Positions 9,617 through 19,343 of a stretch of 64,000 bases of DNA are shown here, piece after piece. Under the pieces are notes generated by a model. That model did not search any database and was not told the DNA's origin. It saw nothing but the letters and a program-made list of their open reading frames with translations. The translations under genes and the position numbers were made by a program. The stretch covers positions 2,304,001 to 2,368,000 of the forward strand of contig CAWKDB010000010.1 in the NCBI GenBank assembly GCA_963848295.1, written 5' to 3'. Each line of letters begins with the position of its first letter. Position 1 is the stretch's first letter. The stretch comes from an uncultured delta proteobacterium (GTDB lineage: Bacteria > Myxococcota_A > Polyangia > Haliangiales > Haliangiaceae).

Positions 9617-10262
9617 TCGCGAGTCGCGTCGGCGTGACGTGAGCTGCAACATCCTCGAAGCCGGCGGCACGCACGCCGCGCGCGAGCGAGTCGCGCGAGA
9701 ACCGAGTGGGGTGAATGTGGCGGCGCGAGAATCCGCTGCGCCGCGCGATCAGCTCGAGGATCGTCGATTCGACCGCGGGTAACCACGGCTCGCCGTAGTT
9801 CGGTGTCGAGAGCCACAGCCGGCCGCCCGGGACGAGGGCCCGGCGAAGACCGGCGAGCCACACCGGCCAGGCGAGCACGTGCTCGACGACTTCCTTCGCG
9901 TAGATCGCCGCGAACTTTCCCGCGCCGAGGCTGGCGTCGATCGGCGTCTCCGGTGGCACGACGCGCGCGTCGCTGATCCGCGCATTGCCGAGCGAGCGCA
10001 CCGCCTCGACCGCGCGCTCGTCGATGTCCACGACGGTGTAGCGCAGGCCCGGCGGCGCGGCGTCGAGCTCGTGCAGCAGGCCGCAGCCGACGACGAGCAC
10101 GTCTACAACACCGCTGCCGTCCCGGGACGAGCCCGCGATGTCGCCGCTCGGCACTTCGCCGAGGAACCGCGCGAGATCGCGCTCGAGCGGCGCGTGATAC
10201 AGCGTCCACGGAAACTGCCGGGCCCGCGCGTGATTCGCGAAGTAGTCGGTCTGCTCCGTCAT
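9579..10262 (-). CDS. Class I SAM-dependent methyltransferase (carries a 39-nt in-frame insertion)
   Basis: Start MTEQTDYF; VLVVGCG, VVEHV, LVPGGRLWLSTPN. Confidence 0.85.
   Translation of the reverse strand: MTEQTDYFANHARARQFPWTLYHAPLERDLARFLGEVPSGDIAGSSRDGSGVVDVLVVGCGLLHELDAAPPGLRYTVVDIDERAVEAVRSLGNARISDARVVPPETPIDASLGAGKFAAIYAKEVVEHVLAWPVWLAGLRRALVPGGRLWLSTPNYGEPWLPAVESTILELIARRSGFSRRHIHPTRFSRDSLARGVRAAGFEDVAAHVTPTRLAITVWARAPHGPE
10101..10142 (-). mobile_element. Degenerate in-frame palindromic element copy C (hairpin deleted)
   Basis: GAC ATC GCG GGC TCG TCC CGG GAC GGC AGC GGT GTT GTA GAC aligns with copies at 38638 and 39303 minus the 18-nt hairpin. Confidence 0.6.
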
Positions 10263-11146
10263 CGCGTCGGCACGGTCGCGGCGTCGGCGATGATCAGATA
10301 CTCGTACGCGCTCGGCGAATCGGCCGGCACGAGCGGATCTTGCACCGCCCAACGCACGAGCTTCGCGAACGGCGCGAGCACCGCATCGGGCAGCAGCGCC
10401 CCGAGCTTCGCCGGGTAGTGCCCGGTCAGCTTCTTCGCGACGAACTCGACGAACGCCTGCGGCAGGAACAAGCGATAGAGAAACTCCGAACGCTGCGAGC
10501 CCATCCCGTACGACGCGCGCACGGTCCAGCCATTCTGCTCGAGCAGGCGCGTCCACACCTTGAGATCGTAGAGATGCCAGTGCTGGAAGAAGCCGTTGAG
10601 CGCGCCCGACACGGTCATCGCCACGCGCGGCGCGTGCTTGAGCAACAGCGACTGCATCCGGCCCTGCAACGCCCAGCGCGGCGTCGGTACGAACATCAAC
10701 AGGCGCGCATCATCGGCGGCGGACTTGCGAAGATTGAGCAGCGCCGCGTCGATGTCGGGCACGTGCTCGAGCGAGCAGTTGCCGATGATCTCTTTGAACC
10801 GCGTGCCGGCGAATGGCGCATCGCGCGACACGTCGGTGATCTCCGCGGTGATCCGCGCGCGCGCTTGCGCGATCTCGCGAGCCGAGATGTCGATGCCGTA
10901 GATCTCGCGGCCGTCCTCGCGCACCGTCCACCAGAAGCCGTCGCCGCAGCCGACATCGAGCACCGGACCGCGCGCGCTCGCGACCGCCTGAAATGCAGCG
11001 AGCCGGTTGATCTCGCGCAGCGCGAGCGACAGCGGAGCATGCCGGAGGTAGCGATACGCCCAGCGCTCGATCTCGGCGTCGGTCGGTACGGTCGGCTTCG
11101 CCATCGGTTCGTCGGCGCTCGCGGGGACGGGCTCGGGCGCGGGCAT
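10259..11146 (-). CDS. Class I SAM-dependent methyltransferase
   Basis: VLDVGCGDG, GIDIS, NCSLEHVPD. Confidence 0.88.
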   Translation of the reverse strand: MPAPEPVPASADEPMAKPTVPTDAEIERWAYRYLRHAPLSLALREINRLAAFQAVASARGPVLDVGCGDGFWWTVREDGREIYGIDISAREIAQARARITAEITDVSRDAPFAGTRFKEIIGNCSLEHVPDIDAALLNLRKSAADDARLLMFVPTPRWALQGRMQSLLLKHAPRVAMTVSGALNGFFQHWHLYDLKVWTRLLEQNGWTVRASYGMGSQRSEFLYRLFLPQAFVEFVAKKLTGHYPAKLGALLPDAVLAPFAKLVRWAVQDPLVPADSPSAYEYLIIADAATVPTR

Positions 11147-11185
11147 CGCTCGTGACTACATCACTCGCGACTCGCGCGCAAACCT

Positions 11186-12313
11186 CTAAGCGCCGTCGCG
11201 CGTGATCGGGCCGGTCGGCGTGTCGTCGTGCTTGATCAGGCGCACCGACGAGTACGGCAGGTTGAACACCTCGCCGAGCCCGTGCGTGACCTTGCGCAGG
11301 CGATGCGCCGCCTTCGACGGGCGATCCTCGAGCAGCCAATCGAAGAAGCCCTGAGCGTTGAACGAGATGCCGAGCGCCATCTGCTGATGCGGCGCATAGC
11401 CGAACTGCGGATCCGGGTTCGGCTTGTAATTGCGCGTGTCGTACGACGCGGTGATATCGATGAACCGCGCGAGCGTGCCGCAATGGAACGAGCCGCACTG
11501 CAGGTCGCGCAGCGCGTGGATGCCGCCGAGATGAAACGCGAGCAAGTAGGTCTCGCCGGAGTAATCCTCGGCGATGTTGTACTTCGAGCAACTGCCGGTC
11601 GGACACGGCGACGCGCCGGTCAGCTTGCGGAGGTACATCTGGCTCGGGAAATACTGGACGCGATAATCGAACAACTCGTCGAGCCGCGGCCACATCGACA
11701 GCGCGAACGCGAGCACCGCGCCGGTCGTATCGCCCGCGAGATCGCTGAACGAGAACTCGTAGTAGAAGCCGTCTTTGACCTCGACGCCGGCGAACAGCGC
11801 CTCGGACAACGCGGTCGAAACCACCGCGCTGCCGAGCCGCGAGTAGCCGCCCCACTGGTTGAGAATTTCGGTGCCCATCCGGGCGAGCGACATCGTCGCC
11901 CACGCGTGACCGAACTTGTCGGCACCGCCGGCGTACGTTCGATCGCCGAGCCAACCGTCGCCGCCGAACTTGTACTCGGCGAGAGGTTTGTGTTTGCGGT
12001 ACCACGCGATGTACGTCCAGCCGGTGAACGCGACGTAGAAGCCGGCGAGCGTCAGCGCCGCAGCGGTCTTGTGATCGCGCTTCGGCTGACCATCGTCATC
12101 GGTATGATCGAGCACCGGCGCGGGCGCGAGATCGATCCACGGCGTCGTGATCGCGGGAGCGGCCGCGTCGGGCTGGGGTGCCGGCGGGGTAGCTCCCGGC
12201 GCCGCGACCGCGCCAGTTGGATCAGTGGGCGCGGGTACGGGATTGTCAGCGTCCGCAAACGCGGGTTGGCGCAACCATGCGATCACCAACAAGGCAGCGA
12301 CCGGGCGGCGCAC
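11186..12313 (-). CDS. DUF2279/YfiM-like exported protein
   Basis: Signal peptide, Pro-rich linker, GGADKFGHAW and EVKDG...FSFSDL motifs. Confidence 0.7.
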   Translation of the reverse strand: MRRPVAALLVIAWLRQPAFADADNPVPAPTDPTGAVAAPGATPPAPQPDAAAPAITTPWIDLAPAPVLDHTDDDGQPKRDHKTAAALTLAGFYVAFTGWTYIAWYRKHKPLAEYKFGGDGWLGDRTYAGGADKFGHAWATMSLARMGTEILNQWGGYSRLGSAVVSTALSEALFAGVEVKDGFYYEFSFSDLAGDTTGAVLAFALSMWPRLDELFDYRVQYFPSQMYLRKLTGASPCPTGSCSKYNIAEDYSGETYLLAFHLGGIHALRDLQCGSFHCGTLARFIDITASYDTRNYKPNPDPQFGYAPHQQMALGISFNAQGFFDWLLEDRPSKAAHRLRKVTHGLGEVFNLPYSSVRLIKHDDTPTGPITRDGA

Positions 12314-12342
12314 TTGGGGCTTATCGCACCCGGGCTATGCGA

Positions 12343-12384
12343 ACACAACCTAGGTGGTCTCAGGAACCTGAGGGTCGGTTGTGT
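12343..12384. promoter_or_regulatory. Inverted repeat in low-GC divergent intergenic region
   Basis: ACACAACC/GGTTGTGT arms enclosing CTCAGG-AA-CCTGAG. Confidence 0.5.
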
Positions 12385-12595
12385 AGGTCACGCATGATGT
12401 GGCAACCTGCGTTAACCAACTTGAGTTACTAGGCGAACCATACTAGTTTGCCTCAGGTCCCCAGGACCGCAGACCCCTTGGTCGTGGCTATCAACCCCAC
12501 GACCTTCTCCTAGCTTCGAGTACCGTGACCCCTAGCCTGACCACGAATCTCAGCGTGCGTAGCGCGCGCCTCGGTCTCCTCCCGGAGATCCGTCG

Positions 12596-13917
12596 ATGAC
12601 CACCCATCTGCTCTGGGTTCTGGTCAAGTCGCTGGCGCTGGTCGTCTTCATCAACCGCTACATCGCGGGCATCCTGCTCCGCCTGATCCGCGGCAAGAAG
12701 TGGGACGAGACCACCGACGACTACGAACCGACCGTGCTCGCGGTGATCCCGATGTTCAACGAGGGCGCCGCGATCAAAGAGACGCTGCGCAGCCTGCTCG
12801 ATTCGGATTATCCCGCTCACAAGCTCAAGGTCGTTTGCATCGACGACCTGTCGACCGACGACAGCTACGAGCAAGCGATGTCGCTCGCGCGCACGTCGGG
12901 TGGCCGGCTCAAGGTCGTTCGCAACCGCAAGAACCTCGGCAAACGCCGCTCGATCATTCGCGCGGTGCGCGACACCGATGCCGAGATCATCGTCTCGGTC
13001 GACTCCGACGTCGTGGTCGATCACGACGCCGTCCGCCAGCTCGTCCGTCGGTTCACCAGCGATCGCATCGCGGCAGTCGGCGGTCACGTCGACGTCCGCA
13101 ACAAGCACGAGAACTGGCTGACCCGGATGCAGGTCATCAAGTACTGGTACGGCTACTTCTTCCTGAAGAACCTCGAGTGGGGCTTCCGCCGGGTGATGTG
13201 CTTGTCCGGCTGCCTCACCGCGTATCGCCGCTCCGTGCTCGTCGAGCTCGAGGCCGTGCTCGAGAAGCGCTCGATCCTCGGCGTGCCGATCAAGTACGGC
13301 GAGGACCGGTTCCTGACCCGTCAAGTCGTCAAGGCCGGCTACCTCACGACGATGACGCTCGAAGCCAAGTGCCGCACGTTCGTACCGAACACACTGTCGA
13401 GCTACTTCTCGCAGCAACTGCGCTGGCGCCGCTCGAACATCGTCGACTACGCGGGCGCCTGCAGCCACGTGTGGCGGCTCAACCCGCTGCTCGCGATCCA
13501 CTTCTTCGCGCAGTTCGCGTTTGCTCATCGCGTACCCGCTCGCGGTCGTCCGCGCGCTCGGCTCGCACTGGTTCTTTCCCGGCTTGAAGATCCACCTGAT
13601 GGTGGTCGCCGTGTTCGGGCTCTACTACCGGTTCCGCGTCCGCAAGCGACCGGCGTCGGAGCGCGTCGGCGCGCTCGTCGTTCGTGCCGATGTCTCTGCT
13701 GATGCCGGTCACGTACGCGCTGCTCACGCCGCTCGCGCTGTTCACGCTCGATTCCGGCAGCTGGGAGACCCGCGGCCACGCCGAGACGGTCACCGAGCCC
13801 GCGGCGGAGCCGATCGGCGAGCCGCTCACTGGCAAAGTGATGCTGGTCGCGGCCAGCGTCGCTGCGGAGCCGGTCCGCGCCCGGGCGAGATCCCAAGCGC
13901 AACTTCCTGCTGCGTAG
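12596..13917 (+). CDS. GT2 hyaluronan-synthase/NodC-like glycosyltransferase, frameshifts at ~13522 and ~13678
   Basis: IDD, VDSD, CLSGCLTAYRR, GEDRFLT, QQLRW motifs; TM tail continues in ORFs 13521 and 13684 (LDSGSWETR). Confidence 0.85.
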
Positions 13918-13947
13918 GCCCGATTTTTGGAGTAGGACCAGGCCTCG

Positions 13948-14750
13948 ATGGAGATGGAAGCTCGCAAGACCCCCCGGTTCTGGATCGCCGTCCAGCCATC
14001 GATCATCCGCCTCTACAAGGTTGCCGGGTTGTTCGCGCTCGGCGCGATCCTGGTCGGCCTGCTCGGGTTTCTCGCGGTCAACATCTTCTACTACTTCGAT
14101 CACACCTGGGTTCGCCCGGTCGTGTTGACGCTCGAACCATCAGAAGGTGATCGAAGCGGTGACCCAGCTCGACGATGCGAAGCTGCGCGCGAGCGAGCTC
14201 GAGGCCGAGAAGATCGATAACAGCGCGAAGCTCGAAGAGATCAAGCGCACGGTCGACGCCGACAACAAGTTCCTCACCGAGGTCGGCAGCGCCGCCGCGT
14301 CGCCGAGGACCGCCGAGGAGTGGCTGGTCCATCGCGAGGTCGAGCAGACCAAGCTCGACATCGAAAACCAGATCGGCCGCAAGGCGCCGCTCGAGCAGAA
14401 GCTCGCGAGCCTCGATCTATCGGTCAAAGACGCAGGAGCAGCTCGTTGCTCAGCGCGAGCAGTCGCCGTACCTGAAAGCGGTGAGCGGCACCGTGTACCT
14501 CGCGTTCGTGCCGTACTCGAACCTATCGAACGTCAAAGAGGGCACGAAGCTCTACGGCTGTTCGTGGGGGCTCGTGATGTGCCACACCGTCGGTCACATC
14601 ACGAAGATCCTGCCGGGCGAAGTCCAGGACATCCATCCGCACGACGAGAGCATCCAGCGCGGACAGATGATGGAGATCTCGCTGACGAGGCCGTCCGCGG
14701 CGAACGACAGCGTGTTGTTCGCGGGCTCGAAGCCGCTCTGGCTGTTCTAA
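13948..14750 (+). CDS. Membrane-anchored coiled-coil protein, frameshifts at ~14133 and ~14430
   Basis: ORFs 13948, 14147 and 14175 join into TM + coiled coil + beta C-domain; directly downstream of GT2. Confidence 0.7.
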
Positions 14751-14950
14751 GCCCGGGGCCACCGAGCCTGCTCACTCCCGGCTGATCGCGGTCGCAGATC
14801 GGCACACATGTACACCCGCGCAGGGCGCATTGAACGCGCCCGCCCTCGCGATCTTCGGACGCGCGCGGTTATCATAGGAGTCGCGTCTTTCGGAGGGACA
14901 TCCATGCGGATGTTGTCGGCGGTGGGGACTACTCGGGAGGTCGATTCTAG

Positions 14951-17900
14951 ATGAGCGACAAAGACACTCGGCTCGGCCCAGAAGCGGCCAAGCCGCCCGC
15001 GGCCAGTGGTGCGCGGAACGAGCAAAGCGGACTGTCGAAGATCGGTAGCGGAGGTTCGTCCGGCCCCGCCGATCGCACCGTCGCCCTCGGCAATGGTACC
15101 GGCGCAGGCGCTCCGAGCCCGGCCGCCGACGCCGCGCGCCCGACGCTGCAAGGCATGCACGTACAGGCCAAGCCGGGCGAGGCGACGATCCACCTGACGC
15201 CGTCCGGGCCAGCACCGGTTCCGCCGACGACGATCGCGCATGGCACGCCGTCGCCGGCCGCGCCGCCCGGCTCGACGCTCGCGGGGCAACCGCGCGCGAA
15301 GCGACCGTCGGCTGCGCCGAGCGTCAATCGCTCGAGCTCGTGGGACAAGTTCGGCGAGTCCGAAAGCGAGAGCACCGGCGTCCACGCGACGACCGGCGCA
15401 CCGCATCCCGGCGTCCGCATCAACCAGTACGAGATGATCAAGATGATCGGCGAGGGCGGGATGGGAACCGTCTACCTCGCCCGCGATCTGCGGCTCGGTC
15501 GGCGCGTCGCGATCAAGTTTCTGCAATCGAACCAGCAAGAGCTGACTCAGCGCTTCCTCGTCGAGGCGCGCGCGACCGCACGCTGCCAGCACGACAACAT
15601 CGTCGTGATCTACGAAGTCGGCGAGCACAACAACTCGCCGTACATGGTGCTCGAGTTCCTGACCGGCAAGCCGCTCACCGCGTACGTCGAGAACGGCCAG
15701 CGCGTGCCGTATACGCGTGCGGTCGAGATGATGGTCCAAGTCCTGCGCGCTCTCGAGTGCGCGCACGGCCAGGGCATCGTCCATCGCGACCTCAAGCCCG
15801 ACAACATCTTCATCACCGACTCCGGCAACATCAAAGTCCTCGACTTCGGCATCGCGAAGGTGCTCGAGGCGCAGCAGAGCCCCGGCGGCCTGTCATCGGG
15901 CGCGCTGCGCATGCCGAGCCCGCTCGAGCTCGCGACCGGCACGAACACGAGCCTGACTCGCGTCGGCACGATCATGGGCACGCTGAAGTACATGTCGCCC
16001 GAGCAGTGGGGCATCGGCATCGAGATCGATCACCTCAGCGACATCTGGGCGTGCGGCATGCTTGTTGCATCGCCTGATCTGCGGCCGCCACCCGCTGCAT
16101 CCGCTCGACGGCAACCAGCTCGTCGTCACCGCGATGCTCGAGCTGCCGATGCCGTCGATGACCGAGGCCGCGCCGCCGGATGCCCCGCGCGAGCTGATCC
16201 AGATCGTCGATCGCTGCTTGCTCAAGGTCGAAGGAGCAGCGCTGGCAGTCGGCGCAAGAGCTGCTGCGCGCGATCGAGCCGTTCTTGCCCGGCCGTCGCT
16301 CGGTCGAGCTCCAGCTCGACGAGAGCCCGTACGCCGGCTTGTCGTCGTTCCAAGAGGCCGACGCCGGCAAGTTCTTCGGCCGCACGCGCGAGATCGCGGC
16401 GATGGTCACGCGGATTCGCGATCGGCCGCTGATGGCGGTCGCCGGCAGCTCCGGCGTCGGCAAGTCGTCGTTCGTGCGCGCCGGCCTCGTGCCCGCGCTC
16501 AAGCGCTCGGGCGAACAGTGGGAGACGCTCGTCATTCGCCCGGGCCGCACGCCGATGGAATCGCTCGCGAGCGTGATCGCACCGATGGTCGCGACCGCGG
16601 CGAACCTCGCCGACGAGATGAACGAGCAGCGGAAGCTCGTCGAGACGTTGCGCCGCGAGCCCGGCCACCTCGGCCACGTGCTGCGCGGTCGAGCGCGTCG
16701 CGATAGTCGGCGGATGTTGCTGTTCGTCGATCAGTTCGAGGAGCTCTACACCCAGGTCACCGATCCGGCCGAGCGCGCGGCGTTCACCGCGTGTCTGTCG
16801 GCGGTCGCCGACGATGCGACGAGCCCGTTGCGCGTCGTGCTGTCGATGCGCTCCGACTTCCTCGATCGCCTCGCCGAAGACCAGGAGTTCGTCGCCGAGG
16901 TCACGCAGGGCTTGTTCTTCCTCGGCCCGCCGAACCGCGAAGGGTTGCGCGAGGCGATCCTGCAGCCCGCCGAGCTCGCCGGCTACTCGTTCGAGCTCGC
17001 CGCCACGGTCGACGACATGCTCGATCACCTCGAGACCACGCCCGGCGCGCTGCCGCTGTTGCAGTTCGCGGCCGCGAAGTTGTGGGACAGCCGCGATCGC
17101 GGCCGCAAGATGCTCACGCATCAGAGCTACGCCGCGATGGGCGGGGTCGCCGGAGCGCTCGCGAGTCACGCCGATCGCGTCGTGCAGGACATCGGCACGG
17201 CGAAACACGGGCTCGTTCGCGCGATCTTGCTCCGACTCGTCACGCCGGAGCGCACGCGCGCGATCGTGCCGATGAGCGATCTGCGCGACCTGTCGCGCGA
17301 GGTCGGCGAGGTCCAGCGCCTCGTCGATCAGATGGTCGATGCGCGCTTGCTCGTCGTGCAGAACCTCGACGGCGGCAAAGGCTCGACCGTCGAGATCGTC
17401 CACGAGTCGCTGATCCAAGGCTGGCCGACGCTGCGCCGTTGGCTCGACGAGAACCAAGACGACGCCGCGATCGTCGACCAGCTGCGCACCGCTGCGCGCC
17501 AATGGCACACGAAGGGCCGCGACCCGGGCTTGCTGTGGCGCGGCGACACCGCCGACGAGGCCAAGAAGTTCAAGAAGCGCTACAAGGGCCCGCTGTCGGA
17601 CGTGGAGCGCGCGTTCCTCGAAGAGATCATCCGCTACGAGCAAGCCGCGGCGCGCCGGCGTCGGACCGCGGTCATCGCCGGCATGGTCGGTCTCGGCGTG
17701 CTCGTGATCGCTGCGATGGCGGTTGCGGTCGTGCTCAAGCGGCAAGGCGACGAGGCGAGCCGCCAGCGCAACGCGGCCGAGCAGTCGGCGGCGGCCGAGA
17801 AGGAACAGCGCACGGTCGCCGAGCAGAACCTCGCCGACCGCGTCCGCTCAGGATGCCGCAGCCAAAGCGGCCGAGGATGCACGTCGCGCGGAAGAAGCCG

Positions 17901-18171
17901 CGCGCAAGGCGGCGGTCGCGCAGGACGTCGAGGACAAGCAGCAGATCGTCGACGTCAAGGCGCAATCGAAGGAAGATCTCGAGAAGAAGAACAAGCGAGC
18001 TCGAGAAAGCGCTCGCCGAGCAGCAACGAGTCCGAACGCATCGCCGAAGAGAATCAGCACGAGGCTGAAGCCGCGAAAGCCAAGATCGACGCGTTGCTCA
18101 CGCAGGAGCAGGAGCGCGTCAAGAAGCTACAGAGTCAGATCGGCAGCCCGATCGTCGACGATCTGAAGTAG
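14951..18171 (+). CDS. Ser/Thr kinase-nSTAND NTPase-TM-coiled-coil protein, several frameshifts
   Basis: GEGGMG, HRDLKPDN, DFG, SPE; PYAGLSSFQE..FFGR, GSSGVGKSS, VDQFEE, PLLQFA; shifts at ~16063, ~16230, ~17840, ~17995. Confidence 0.88.
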
Positions 18172-18186
18172 CGAACCGGAGAGCTC

Positions 18187-19329
18187 ATGACACTTGCCCT
18201 TGCCCGAACTCTGTCCGCAACTGCGCTCGCGCTCGCTCTGTCGAGCACCGCGTTCGCACAGCCAAAGACACCCGCGCCGGCACCCAAGCCGGCGCCTCTG
18301 ATGGCGCCCGACGATGCTCCGGCGCCCGACGCGAAGGCCGGCACGCCGGAGAAAGCCGGCACGAACGAGACGCTGCAGAACGGCGGTGCCGACGCACGCC
18401 CGTGGGCGAACGGCGTGTCGATGGCCCAACAGCAAGCCGCGCTCGCGCTGTTTCACGACGGCAACGTCCTGCTCAACGATGGCCTGTTCGTCAAGGCCGT
18501 CGAGAAGTACCGCGAGGCGCTCAAGCACTGGGACCACCCGGCGATCCACTACAACCTCGCGCTCGCGCTGCTCAACCTCGATCAGCCGATCGAGGTCTAC
18601 GACAGCCTGCAAAAGGCGACGCAGTACGGCCCCGCTCCGCTCGAGAAGGACAAGTACGAGCACGCGAAGGAATACCTGTTGCTGATCGAGAAGCAGATCG
18701 CCGATATCGAGGTCAGTTGCGACAAGCCCGGGGCGCACGTCCAGGTCGACGGCAAAGAGGTGTTCATCGCGCCCGGCAAGTTCAGCGGCAAGGTCCGCAT
18801 CGGGAAGCACGCGTTCCTCGCCGAGAAAGAGGGCTACGCGACGCGGATCAAGGCACCGTACATCGGCCCCGGCGAGCACTTCAGGATCGAGCTCAAGCTC
18901 TACACGTCGGACGAGCTGACTCGCTACAAGCGGCGCTGGCACAACACCTGGTTCCCGTACGCGGTGATCGGCGGCGGCGTGCTCGTCGGCATCGGCGGCG
19001 GCGCGCTCGAAGCGTCGGCGCGATCGAACTTCAGCGACTACGACAAGAAGGTCGCAGCGTGCAGCATGAACAACTCCGGCTGTCCTAACACCACGCCCGG
19101 GCTGGCGTCGCTCAAGCACGACGGCGACACGAAGCAGACCCTCGCGTATGTGGGTTACGGCGTCGGCATCGCCGCGATCGCGGCCGGAGCGGCGCTCGCG
19201 ATCCTCAACCGCGACCAAGCCTACGAGATCCGGGCGGACGACGTCGTCGACGGCGAGCAAAACCAAGTCACGTTCACGCCGATCGTCGCACCCGGGATGG
19301 CCGGCGCGATGGTGCAGGGCCACTTCTAG
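18187..19329 (+). CDS. Secreted TPR + PEGA domain protein
   Basis: Signal peptide, TPR (YNLALA), PEGA ([12 protein letters not shown]), C-terminal myxobacterial-type tail. Confidence 0.8.
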   Translation: MTLALARTLSATALALALSSTAFAQPKTPAPAPKPAPLMAPDDAPAPDAKAGTPEKAGTNETLQNGGADARPWANGVSMAQQQAALALFHDGNVLLNDGLFVKAVEKYREALKHWDHPAIHYNLALALLNLDQPIEVYDSLQKATQYGPAPLEKDKYEHAKEYLLLIEKQIADIEVSCDKPGAHVQVDGKEVFIAPGKFSGKVRIGKHAFLAEKEGYATRIKAPYIGPGEHFRIELKLYTSDELTRYKRRWHNTWFPYAVIGGGVLVGIGGGALEASARSNFSDYDKKVAACSMNNSGCPNTTPGLASLKHDGDTKQTLAYVGYGVGIAAIAAGAALAILNRDQAYEIRADDVVDGEQNQVTFTPIVAPGMAGAMVQGHF

Positions 19330-19343
19330 CTTTGGGAGATCGC

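Noticed and set aside
12385..12480. c-di-GMP-I riboswitch (GGTCACGCA start)
   Set aside because: Lacks the GNRA tetraloop/receptor and GCAAA core.
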